64,000 bases of DNA from Desulfomonilia bacterium (lineage in GTDB: Bacteria; Desulfobacterota; Desulfomonilia; UBA1062), in NCBI GenBank assembly GCA_963664325.2, contig CAXXDQ010000007.1, forward strand, positions 960,001-1,024,000. Reading direction: 5' to 3'. The notes under the pieces are model-generated. The model had not been told where the DNA came from. It worked only from the letters and a program-made list of their open reading frames with translations, and did not search any database. The position numbers and the translations under genes are program-made. Position 1 is the first letter of the stretch. The number at the start of each line of letters is the position of its first letter. Shown one piece after another: positions 39,939 through 50,218 of the stretch.

Positions 39939-42900
39939 ATGAAAAAGGACATCCTCAAGTTTACGCCCGAGCAATGGCAATTGCTGGCCTTTATGCACAT
40001 AGCCGCTGCACCTGTGCATATAGATTCGGCCGCTACGATTATACCGATAAAGCCCGGCCCCTTGATCAACCTGATAAATCAGGGAATGCAATCAGGTTAT
40101 ATATTTCAGATGCAGGAAAATAAATATTCCCTCTCAAAGGAGCTTACCAATGAACTGGATCTGGGCATAAAGAAGATTGTCACACGGAAATTTCTTATAT
40201 CCATTCTTGAATCGATTGAAGAGAGACATCTGGAAGAGCAGCTTCCCCGGGAGTCAATGGCTGCAGTTCTCGAAGGTGCCGGAAGGATGTATGAGGCGGC
40301 ATATGCTTACCATGAGATTGCATCAAAAGATTTTTTAGCCGGTAAAGCCGGCTCGGCGCTCAAATATGAGATTTCGGCAATAAACATCCTTAAAGGCGAA
40401 AAGGCGTCAAGGGACAGGGATAAGCTTTTTGTCTCCGCCGTTCTAGGGCTTTCAGAGATATATATAGGAATCTCACAGGCCCACAGCGAGATAATCACGC
40501 TTTTAAAAGTCGCAAAAAAAATTGCGGCAAGGATGGGCGACAGGCGCTCATCGTTACTTATAGACTTTCATCTGGGCCGCTATTATTTCATGGCCAACAA
40601 ATTGTCAGGCACACTCGATGCCCTGCATAAGGCCATAGAAGAATTAAATGAGTTCAGCGATGCCGACATCAGGGACAGGACAGAACAATTTGTAGGTCTT
40701 TATTATTATCTCCAGGGCATGTACGGCAAGGCCGCAGTCCATCTTGAAAAGACCCTGCATTCGCGATCTAATTTTTTTATGGGGCAGACGGACTATATTC
40801 TTCTTCTTTACTATGCATTCAGTTGCGCCTGCACCGGACAATTCCATAAGGCGATAGGTGTTCTTGATGCAAACTGGAGACGTGCATTCAAACGCTCGGA
40901 GTATGAGCAGGCTTTCCATACCCGGGCCGTGCTCGGATATATTTTGCTTATGAGTGGAAGGACGGACGAGTCTCTTGAACATCTGAACGCTTCAAAAGAA
41001 TATGCGTGGAAGGACTCTAATGCATTCGGCAAGTTGATTACCGAGGCAGGATTTGCTTTCGAGGCTTTCAGGTCAGGACGCATAAAGGAATCCTACAATA
41101 TACTCAAGGATTTTCTCTCCGGGGGATTTTATGTCAGACAATATCCAGTTTCCGCTTTTCTGGAAATGCTTTCAGAGTACAACAGGAGAAAATATCCGCC
41201 TGTAGTATCCGGCTATGTCTTTGATGAGGAGTCAAACCGAATCATCAAAGGTCCGAACATTCATTTAAAAGGCGCTGCTCTTAGAATAATGGCACATGAT
41301 GCAATTACCGCGTCACCCAAAAGCCCGCTGATTCCAAGATACCTTGCTGAAAGCGAGAAGCTTCTCCTTGAATCAGGCGATCCTGTTGAACTTGCCAGGA
41401 CATATGTCGAATTCTCGAGATATTTATTAAACAGGGGGGAAAAGGAAAAGGCCTCGGAATACGCAATGAAGGCCTGGGAAAACTTCTCGGGTCTTGGAGA
41501 TCTATACTGCCCTGCGGATATAAAACACCTACTGACTGATGACACGAAAGAGGGATTAATACTCAGGGAGCGCGGCAATCTTACGGCGCGTCTTATGAAA
41601 ATGGTGGGTGGTATCATTCCATCCCATGATACACAGAACCTTTTTGATCAGATACTTGAAGCAGTGGCCGGCTTTCTGAAGGCTGAAAAGGCGGCGCTAC
41701 TATTCTTTGACAAAAAAAAGGGTAATGCGCCGCTTGTTAAAGCGTCACGCTCAATAGCCGAGGAAGAAATATATGCAGGCTCATTCCGCAATTCCCTCTC
41801 ATTGATATTCACGGCCAGGAAGGAGAAAAAAACTGGTTATAAGGACATTCAAAGATGAAGACGGGACCGCACACAACACAATGTGCCTACCTGTTGATGC
41901 CGGTCCTGATTTCGACAGCGTCATGTTCTTTGAATCCGTTTATAATGACAGTGAGTTAACAAAATTAGAACAGGCCGTCCCTGATCTTATCATGAATATG
42001 GCCAAAGATGCTTTTGCAAAGATATTGAGATTCGAAAGCATAAGGCAAGAGATGGACTTGCCACCGGCAAGAGACATGCATCAACAAGACATCGGCAGCA
42101 ACGACGAAATTATTTCCAAAAACTCCCTCATGACCGGGCTTCTATCCCGGATTGACAAGGCGGCGGTTACGGACGCTTCGATACTTGTGACAGGAGAAAC
42201 AGGCGTCGGCAAAGAACTTGTCGCCAGACGCATTCATGCAAAAAGCAAAAGGGCGAAAGGGCCCTTTGTCACCGTGAACATTGCGGGCATACCGGAGACA
42301 CTTATAGAAAGCGAGCTGTTCGGCCACGAAAAGGGCGCGTTTACCGGAGCAGCTGCACAGCGCAAGGGTAGGATAGAACTTGCCCATAACGGGACCCTTT
42401 TCATTGACGAATTTGGAGATATCCCGTTCTCCATTCAGGTAAAGCTCCTGCGCGTATTGCAGGACAAGACATTCTCAAGGCTGGGCGGCGCCAGAAACAT
42501 CCTGTCCGACTTCAGGCTTGTTACAGCCACCAACAAAGACCTCGAAAGTGAAGTTGAGTCAGGGAGATTCCGCAGAGATCTTTTTTACCGTGTCAATACG
42601 ATTCAGGTTCATGTGCCGCCTTTGAGGGAGAGGAAAACCGACATCGTACTGATTGCCAGGAATTTTTTGAAACGCTTCATAAAGGAATTCGGCAAACCGG
42701 AACTTAAATTTACACCGGAACAGGAGCAATCACTCATGGACTATGCATGGCCCGGCAATGTCAGGGAACTTAGAAATGTAATTGAGCGCAGCATCCTTGT
42801 ATCTGCCGGAAGTTCCATGGAACTGAGCCTTCCCGACCATAAAGAACCCGGGCAGGATAATATCTGTTCGGACATTCCAACACTTGATGAACTCGAAAGG

Positions 42901-43035
42901 CGCTATATAAGACATATTATCAAGATGACTGGCGGGAAAATATCCGGAAAAAGCGGTGCCTGCCTAATACTTGGCATGAAAAGGACGACCCTGAACGGGA
43001 GGATGAAAAAACTGGGAATTGCCCACAGACAATAA
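39939..43035 (+). pseudogene. Large TPR/GAF-like sigma-54 enhancer-binding protein split by a +1 frameshift in the A7 run at 41826-41832 (possibly an assembly error)
   Basis: Second ORF has GETGVGKE, GAFTGA, WPGNVREL and HTH; removing one A joins both ORFs into a continuous 1031-aa frame. Confidence 0.82.
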
Positions 43036-43269
43036 TTCACCTGAAATACTTTTTGCTCCGTCCATTGGGACAAGAGGATTGGCGTACACACGGCGCCGGC
43101 CGTCAAAAAACCATTGTGTCAAAGTCAATTGTTGAGGTCAGCCTTCTCCTCTTCCATATGGCATTCTGGCAGCATAGAAATTGAAGCCATATTTATTAGG
43201 GCATGTTGTACCAAACTCCCTTAATACCTAAGACCAGACCATCATTTATTGAGCTATCCGGCTGACGCC

Positions 43270-44256
43270 TCAATCTGCCGCCGGAAAATCCTCCTTGTAA
43301 AAAACCTCTTCCTTTTTCTCCATCCACCTGCGGTAATACTCCTTGTCTAAAACTGTCATACACAGCGGAGGATAACCCTTGACCTGGCTTACATGGGCAT
43401 TCAGCGCCTGCGACTTTATATCGCCCAGGTCGCTGATATCAAAAGTAAGGTCCCATTTGGGAGGCCTGGGACGCTGTATTGAATTGGCCAGTGCGCAATA
43501 ATTAAGACTGGGTCCTTTGTTAGGCCAGAAGAGATCTCCCAGGCAGCAGAAACCGAGATCAATGATAAACTCATCATGAACTATGGAGCTGAGCAGGGTC
43601 ACAGGGATATTGAGGTTGGAGCTTACGGCAAGCGCGGCCGATTTTGCTGCGTAGTAGTCAACGCGATGGTCCGGGTGGCCGTCCCATCCTGAACCCGAAA
43701 TTATTGTAAGGTGTTCGGTGCCTGCAGGCACAAGGTCCTGGACAAGAGCAGTTATTTCATTGATTGCCTCTGTTCCGTCAGCATTAAGGGTGTCAACACG
43801 CTTGCCCTTGACCAGTTTTGTGTTTGATACCACGCCCTTATCCGGATATCTCAGGAAGTGAATGAAAGACGGATCAAGACCGAGTACATTCCATGCATTT
43901 CTTGTTTCATTTTCCCTCAGGGCAACGATCTTTTCCTTTCTTACCTCCGCGCTCGTCTCATGGCATTTTCCCTTGCCGCCGGCGGCGTCGCCCGAAGATA
44001 AATAAATTGCCTGGACTGATGTGTCAGGGTCCAAACATGCTCTGTGAATAGTGCCCGCGGCCATTATGCTTTCATCATCGGGATGCGGGGAAACGACTAT
44101 CAGGGCTTCCTTTCTGACGGTTCCGTCGGTTGTAAGCATATCTGCGGTATACATCGAAGACTGAGTCGTATCATCTTTCATCTCCCCCCCGCAGCCGTAA
44201 ATGGATGTGACAATCATCAAAAGAAAAACTGCTTTCATCAAATTCGAATTCTTCAT
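43270..44256 (-). CDS. PIG-L family deacetylase lipoprotein
   Basis: YGC lipobox; SPHPDDE, HPDH, AHVSQ. Confidence 0.88.
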   Translation of the reverse strand: MKNSNLMKAVFLLMIVTSIYGCGGEMKDDTTQSSMYTADMLTTDGTVRKEALIVVSPHPDDESIMAAGTIHRACLDPDTSVQAIYLSSGDAAGGKGKCHETSAEVRKEKIVALRENETRNAWNVLGLDPSFIHFLRYPDKGVVSNTKLVKGKRVDTLNADGTEAINEITALVQDLVPAGTEHLTIISGSGWDGHPDHRVDYYAAKSAALAVSSNLNIPVTLLSSIVHDEFIIDLGFCCLGDLFWPNKGPSLNYCALANSIQRPRPPKWDLTFDISDLGDIKSQALNAHVSQVKGYPPLCMTVLDKEYYRRWMEKKEEVFYKEDFPAAD

Positions 44257-44448
44257 GGACCTCCTTATAACTTGCTACCCTTCAGTTTATATCTATCAAG
44301 AATCATCATTATCAGACTTTGGGCTACCCGCACTTCAGGAGTCAAGCGGCTACCTCATAATGTTTAATTGAAAGTCCACAAAACTTCTGTAAAAGCTAAC
44401 TGCTTTAATTATAATATCGAAGGCATTATTTTGCAAGTTGACACAGGA

Positions 44449-44728
44449 TTACGGTTTATCAGGCACCAGGCCTTCAAGGGTAAAGTCATAACCGGCTTTG
44501 CCGTAAATTTCCCGTATACGCAAAAGATCCTCCACCTTATCTTCTCCGGGAAAGATTTCGCCCAGCCATCGGGTGATTTTATTCCCGTTATCCAGATACC
44601 GGCAGATAATGGAAATATCTGCTGCCTTGGCAATTTGCCAGAAACCGGTTTTTATTGTTTTTGTCCCTAATGCAGTAATATCCGAAAGATTGATCAGTTT
44701 CGGCTCTTTTCCCAGCCAAGGCTGCTCC
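44449..44728 (-). pseudogene. Probable C-terminal remnant of a PlsC-like acyltransferase
   Basis: Startless frame KTGFWQIAKAADISIICRYLD...DLLRIREIY resembles the KTGFY.IA....P....LD tail of glycerol acyltransferases (recalled similarity). Confidence 0.45.
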
Positions 44729-44774
44729 TATCTCCCTCACCCGCGTGGTTTTCAGTGCAGCCGTTGATCTCCTG

Positions 44775-45338
44775 CTAAAGGATCTTCAATATTTCCGGTG
44801 CATGACGCTCTGAGGCCTCAGGTATATTTGCAGGATAGCCCAATATTATCGGGGCGACAATCCTGCAGTCTTCCGGAAGGCTGATCTCCTCAAGCATTTT
44901 TCTATCCCTGATATTAGCCCCCAGGGCAATCCAGCAGGTACCAAGCCCCCTGTCGGCTGCGGAAAGCATTAAGTAGGAAACAGTCAGACTGCAGTCAATA
45001 TCAAGCGACCAGATGTGCTTAGGACCGACCACTAAGACAAGGCACGGCGCATTGTAAAAGGCATTAAAACTTTCATCGGCCAGAGCCGCCTTGTAATTAT
45101 TCAACGGAGATTCGGGATTCAGCTCGCAGTCGGCCAGCAGATTCTTTTTACTTTCATCTGAAAGCTTTTTTATCATTTTCTTGTCCTGAACAATGATAAA
45201 TTTGCATGGCTGGCCGTTGCTTGCAGTCGGGGCCAGGCTTGAATCCTGTAATACAGCCTTAACGACCTCCAATGGAACCTGTTTATCCATGAAATCCCTT
45301 ATGGCACGCCTTTTTTTCAATAGTTCCTGAAATTCCAT
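44775..45338 (-). CDS. Nitroreductase family protein
   Basis: RRAIRDF, APTASNGQP, LSAADRGLGTCWI, LGYP. Confidence 0.93.
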   Translation of the reverse strand: MEFQELLKKRRAIRDFMDKQVPLEVVKAVLQDSSLAPTASNGQPCKFIIVQDKKMIKKLSDESKKNLLADCELNPESPLNNYKAALADESFNAFYNAPCLVLVVGPKHIWSLDIDCSLTVSYLMLSAADRGLGTCWIALGANIRDRKMLEEISLPEDCRIVAPIILGYPANIPEASERHAPEILKIL

Positions 45339-45808
45339 AATCAGTCCTCCTGTCAGTTATATATGGGGAAGTAACCTATCCCGATATGTCCTTCATTCTT
45401 GTTTTTAACAACAGCTGCTATATTTACTGTGCATCGGTATCAAAATGTTCAATAATGCCGAGCAGAACCTGCGGAGCAACCGGCTGTTCAAAAAGCGTTT
45501 TCTTTGATTACTCCCCTAGATTTGAACCTGTTGAAATAATGAATAGGTGTCAATAACCATTTATTCAAGGGGGCATCCGGGAATATATTTTAATGTTGGA
45601 GAACCATCCTGCTTATTTTTGCTGTTTGATAAATAGACCCTTGAAGTTGTCTTTTTTAAGGATATGCCTGTTTTTGATATTCAAGATTTAGGTTGATGAA
45701 ACCGTAATTTCAATAATATATTATTTCTAATGTTGAACTTGGGAGCAGGCTGGTTTTAGGTTCAATCCAATGCATCATCTATGATCAGATAATACAAAAG
45801 GGGGTGGT

Positions 45809-46642
45809 ATGGACAATACAAAAAAAACGGTCTTGATTACCGGAACAGCAAGCGGCATAGGCATGGAAACCGCACTGTACTTCTTCGATAAAGGCTTCAA
45901 TGTCATCGCCACCATGCGCAATCCCGGACAGCGTAAAACCACTCTTCATGAAAAGGGCCTGCCCGACCTGGTGCATCTTGATGTTACGGACGCAGCATCC
46001 ATAAATGCGGCTGTTCAATACGCTCTGGATAAATATGGTAAAATAGACGTGCTGGTGAACAATGCCGGTTATGCGGTTTTCGGCCCGTTCGAGGCTGCTA
46101 CGAAAGAACAGGAAAAGCGCGAATTCGACACAAACCTATTCGGGCTCATTGAAGTGGTTCGAGGAATTCTACCGGTTTTCCGAAATCAAAAGACCGGGAT
46201 TATAATAAACGTGACCTCCATGGGCGGCCGCATCGGGTTTCCTCTTTACGCCCTGTATAATGCCACCAAATGGGCCGTAGAGGGGTTTACCGAGGCGCTC
46301 ATGTATGAATTGAAGCCGCTGGACATAAAAGTCAAACTGATTGAACCCGGGGTCATCAAGACCGATTTTTACGACCGCTCGCTTGACAAGACGGACTGTT
46401 CGGCCCTGACGGACGCCTACGGCGCTGTAATGAAGCGTGCGGAAAAGCTGACAGATGAAAGTTCTATAAAAAAGGGCAGCGAGCCTAAGCTGGTGGCTGA
46501 AATTATCTACCGTGCCGCTACCGATGGCAGCTCCCGGCTGCGATATCCTGCCGGAAGCGATGCAAAGCTTGTTTGGATGCTGCGCCGTATTCTTCCTGAA
46601 AGCCTGTTCTTCCGGGTGCTGGAAAAGGCAGTCCTGGATTGA
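45809..46642 (+). CDS. Short-chain dehydrogenase/reductase
   Basis: TGTASGIG, NNAG, YNATK. Confidence 0.95.
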   Translation: MDNTKKTVLITGTASGIGMETALYFFDKGFNVIATMRNPGQRKTTLHEKGLPDLVHLDVTDAASINAAVQYALDKYGKIDVLVNNAGYAVFGPFEAATKEQEKREFDTNLFGLIEVVRGILPVFRNQKTGIIINVTSMGGRIGFPLYALYNATKWAVEGFTEALMYELKPLDIKVKLIEPGVIKTDFYDRSLDKTDCSALTDAYGAVMKRAEKLTDESSIKKGSEPKLVAEIIYRAATDGSSRLRYPAGSDAKLVWMLRRILPESLFFRVLEKAVLD

Positions 46643-46753
46643 GCATGCAGTACTGACCGGCCAGCAGCATAATAAAAAGAACTGGAACAACAGACCTTAC
46701 ACCTTGATGTTTCATACATTAAACATTCAAATGGCCGGGCGGTTAATGCTTTA

Positions 46754-47197
46754 TCAAGATATGAATCCCCTCAGGTTTCTTTCAAGCTCTTCCTTGGGCC
46801 GGGCGCCAACAAGGCTTTTAACCACTTCTCCGTTTTTGAATACCAGCAGTGCGGGAATCCCCTGAATGGAATATTTTGAAGGAATGATGCGGTTTTCATC
46901 GACGTTCATCTTTGCAAATTTGATCTTTCCTGCATATTGAGCTGAAAGTTCATCTATAATCGGGCTCATCATCTTGCAGGGGGCGCACCATGATGCCCAG
47001 AAGTCTACCACTACAGCGCCGGGAAAGCCCAGAACCTCTTCGGAAAATGTTGAATCGGTAACTGTCACCGGTTTTTTTAATGCGGGTTTATCAAGAGGTT
47101 CATGGCATTTCCCGCATTTTGCACCAGACCTTGATTTTTCAGAAGGTACCCTGTTTTTGGTCCCGCATTGCTGGCACTGGTATATTTTATAATTCAT
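46754..47197 (-). CDS. trxC: Thioredoxin 2-type protein with N-terminal zinc finger
   Basis: CQQC..NR..CGKC zinc finger plus DFWASWCAPC. Confidence 0.88.
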   Translation of the reverse strand: MNYKIYQCQQCGTKNRVPSEKSRSGAKCGKCHEPLDKPALKKPVTVTDSTFSEEVLGFPGAVVVDFWASWCAPCKMMSPIIDELSAQYAGKIKFAKMNVDENRIIPSKYSIQGIPALLVFKNGEVVKSLVGARPKEELERNLRGFIS

Positions 47198-47355
47198 CAA
47201 GACTTCTCCTTTCACTATATTACGGTCAAACAATTATATAGGGGGTCGATTATGCTTTTTCCAGTAGGTGGCAATAAATATGAATGGGCCGGCAGGGAAA
47301 AGGCACAGGCCTTTTCCTTTATCTGATTTCCGCCTGCAGCAATTTTATTTGGATT

Positions 47356-48111
47356 TTATCTTTTGCGCCTCTCGTCAAAAAGCGCCCCCTGAATTATCGG
47401 CGTTATATACATGCCCTGATCCAGATTGAAATATGTACCCCTGACTCCCCTGTTTTCCCTTCTGAATTTTCTTGCATGTTCTTCCGACCGGAAGAATACC
47501 GAGCGTCTTCAGAACGAGTTTATGATACTGGGTTCATTCAACTTGTCAAAATCGACTATGGGCGCAAATGCGACCGGTGCGGCATCATTTGAAATAACCC
47601 TGTATCTCATTGAGCTTTCGATCTCGATAACAAGAGGTTCTTTACAGCATGCGCATTCGGTATCAACCGTTACCTTAAGTCCGGTGTTTTTCAAAAGCCC
47701 TTGCACGAAGGGCGCCGCAAGCGCGTCAACCGCTCAGGCGGCATAAATGTGCTCTCCCGTGCTGAAAGTAAGCCTGTGAGGGGTCTTCTCGACGGTGACC
47801 GGATAGGCCCATGTAACCTCCCCGTCAGGATTCCTGTAGAGAAAGGTCATGTTTTTTTCAAGCTCGTCAAGTATTTCAATAACCCGGCCGGTTTCGATCT
47901 GCAGGGCCTGCGAGATATGAACGGGCGTTAACGGAACACCTTTAGCAGCGATCTCGGTTACAACAAAATCCCTCACTTTATGGTGGTCATCAGTCATGAA
48001 GGCAAGCCTTGCGGCATTAAGCTTTGACATGTCGCCGATCTGAGCCTTCCATGCAAAGCCGGGTATTCTTAAAAGATATTTCCAAACACCGAGAAGAAGG
48101 GCGTCTTTCAT
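47356..48111 (-). CDS. MerB (organomercurial lyase)-like selenoprotein, 251 aa, two predicted Sec residues (U126, U201)
   Basis: One frame from ATG 48111 (GGAGG RBS) to TAA 47356 with in-frame TGA at 47734-47736 (YAA-U-AVD) and 47509-47511 (NSF-U-RRSVFF), matching MerB YAW-C-ALD and QSF-C-CHVHFF; SECIS-like hairpin after each. Confidence 0.88.
47479..47496 (-). promoter_or_regulatory. SECIS-like hairpin for the second UGA
   Basis: UUCUUCC-GGUC-GGAAGAA at +13 to +30 after the UGA. Confidence 0.8.
47697..47713 (-). promoter_or_regulatory. SECIS-like hairpin for the first UGA
   Basis: GCCCUU-CGUGC-AAGGGC at +21 to +37 after the UGA, with GU in the loop. Confidence 0.6.
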
Positions 48112-48328
48112 GCCAAACCTCCATATTTATTTTATAATTAACCCTATTTGGAAAAAAGAAAAGTTATTTCATAACAATAATAAAAAAACATGCCGTATCT
48201 CATGATTCAACATGCTGACGATATTTGACGGTCTGAGTTCTCCATCGGCTGAGCATACGTTGTACCGTCATATGCACATTGACAAAACCTTATTCGGCTT
48301 TATTATCAGAAACACGAGGTGGTGAACG

Positions 48329-48829
48329 ATGTACAAAAAATTCATGGAACTTATTGAGATCAATTCCGAGGATCTCGCCAGAAACATATTGCGTGAAATA
48401 AGCGACATAAAGGAATTCCGGCAATACCGGGGGATACCGGAAGACGTCCTGCTGGAGCGTATTTACCAGGTAATGCGAAACGTGCATGAACGGCTTGGGA
48501 ACTGGCTCGATAAAAACAAGTCGAAGAACACATTGTTTGCCTATTATTCCGATCTGGGCGCGCAGCGGATGCGTGAGGGCATACCTCTTGATGAGGTTAT
48601 CAAGCTTTATCTGCTTATCAAGCGGGAGATATGGCATATGTTCAGAGAGCAGCTGACGGTGAACGACGAATCCGAACTCAAACGGCTCATGGAAATCGAT
48701 TTTTACGTGAACCTGTTCTTTGACAGGATTGTCACCTCCATAATCTCCGGATACCAGGCCGAACTGGGTAAGATTTGGGAAAAAACAGGTCTTGATAACC
48801 CGCTTGCAACAGAGATCTTCAATAAATAG
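48329..48829 (+). CDS. Hypothetical helical protein (RsbRD N-terminal-like)
   Basis: GAGGTG RBS; Y..LG..R..EGIPL.EV pattern. Confidence 0.7.
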   Translation: MYKKFMELIEINSEDLARNILREISDIKEFRQYRGIPEDVLLERIYQVMRNVHERLGNWLDKNKSKNTLFAYYSDLGAQRMREGIPLDEVIKLYLLIKREIWHMFREQLTVNDESELKRLMEIDFYVNLFFDRIVTSIISGYQAELGKIWEKTGLDNPLATEIFNK

Positions 48830-49055
48830 CAGGAAAAGAACAGGCCAGAGCATGGCAATAGTGCTTAATCTTATTTTCTAATATGTCTTCCCTCGCTTTG
48901 CTGCTGTGCCGAAATGCACCTTGACTCCACGGCATCATCCCGGACTCAGAGAATTCCCGAGTATCATCATGCAAAAAATGCACTTCTGGCTATGTTAAAA
49001 GACAATGCCGGCAGCAGAACGTCAAACCATTTTGAAATAATCTCTTTTTGAGCAT

Positions 49056-50198
49056 TTAAGATATCCTTGAGAAATCCCGGCCGCGTTCCCTGAGCATACG
49101 GCTTCCTGCTTCGGTCCTGGTTTCCGGAATATCTTCGCCTGTCTCATTTCTTCTTTGAAGTTTGCGGGACTGCATCGGGCATTTGTGGGCGCATACACCG
49201 CAGCCTATGCACTTTTCCCGGTCATATTCAAAGACCTTTCCGGCATCCTGTATTTTACATATTGACCCGTTTGAAGGTGGAATCTTTTTGATTTTTACAG
49301 CTTCGACCGGGCATCGTTTTTCACACAGCCCGCATAGTTTGCACGTTTCGGCATTATGCACAACCACATAGTTCGAGCGCTGGTGTCCGCGTAAGATCGA
49401 CGGCAACACTGCAGCCCGTTCAAGGAAAAGACAGCAGCATGAGCAGCAGTTGCAGATTGTGTCAATCTTCGTCTTATAGTTGCTGATGCCGTGAACCAGA
49501 CCTGCATCCGCAGCGTCCTTCAATATTTCAAGCGTCTGCTGCTTTGATATCTCCTTACCCATGCCGTATTTGAGCATATACCTTCCGAGACTGCCGAAAT
49601 GCAGGCAGTTCATGGTAACGTGACTGCATTTCTCAAAGTCCGGGTCAAGATTGTGCCTGTGTCTGCAATCGCAGGTTGAAACTATGAAAAAGTCTTCTTT
49701 GTCGATGAATGCGAGTATATCCTCATAGGGCAGTATCTGTTTTGTATCTTTGATTGTTTCCGCAATCGGGATGGCGCGCAGTCCTTTTGTTGGATGTTTC
49801 ATCATTTCATGCGACATATGGTTGATGTAATACCGATGGGCCAGCGATGCATACTCCCTGTTCAACTCATCATTGATTCCCACCCATCCCGGTACCTGGA
49901 AGTTCGCAAAGTTGTTGTCATTAAGGAAATATCCTGGCCCGGACTTTCCCTGAGCCTCGAAAATAAAACCTTTTTTTATCAGCGGTTCCATCTTCGCTAT
50001 CAATTCGTCTGCAGACATATGGAATTTTTCCTTAAGCTGCTCCATCGTATGCGGCATGAAAGGAAAGGCCGAGAGAAAGGCGGCTTCGTCCGGAGTACAC
50101 CTCAATTTGAGCAGCCGCGTGAAATCTTCAGGGGCGGGCACATCGTAAATCCACGTTTTATATCTCTCAATCAGCGAATCATATGGTCTGTTTTCCAT
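49056..50198 (-). CDS. 4Fe-4S dicluster protein
   Basis: CDCRH, ICNCCSCCC, CKLCGLCEKRCP, CIGCGVCAHKCP. Confidence 0.9.
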   Translation of the reverse strand: MENRPYDSLIERYKTWIYDVPAPEDFTRLLKLRCTPDEAAFLSAFPFMPHTMEQLKEKFHMSADELIAKMEPLIKKGFIFEAQGKSGPGYFLNDNNFANFQVPGWVGINDELNREYASLAHRYYINHMSHEMMKHPTKGLRAIPIAETIKDTKQILPYEDILAFIDKEDFFIVSTCDCRHRHNLDPDFEKCSHVTMNCLHFGSLGRYMLKYGMGKEISKQQTLEILKDAADAGLVHGISNYKTKIDTICNCCSCCCLFLERAAVLPSILRGHQRSNYVVVHNAETCKLCGLCEKRCPVEAVKIKKIPPSNGSICKIQDAGKVFEYDREKCIGCGVCAHKCPMQSRKLQRRNETGEDIPETRTEAGSRMLRERGRDFSRIS

Positions 50199-50218
50199 TT
50201 TTCCCCCTTTATACAGGG

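Noticed and set aside
41856-41858. TGA ending the first activator ORF as selenocysteine
   Set aside because: The downstream ORF is in a different frame; an upstream homopolymer frameshift explains the split
47356-48111. MerB-like locus as a nonsense-mutated pseudogene or separate small genes
   Set aside because: Both stops are TGA, both fall on catalytic Cys positions and both are followed by SECIS-like hairpins, which random decay would be unlikely to produce
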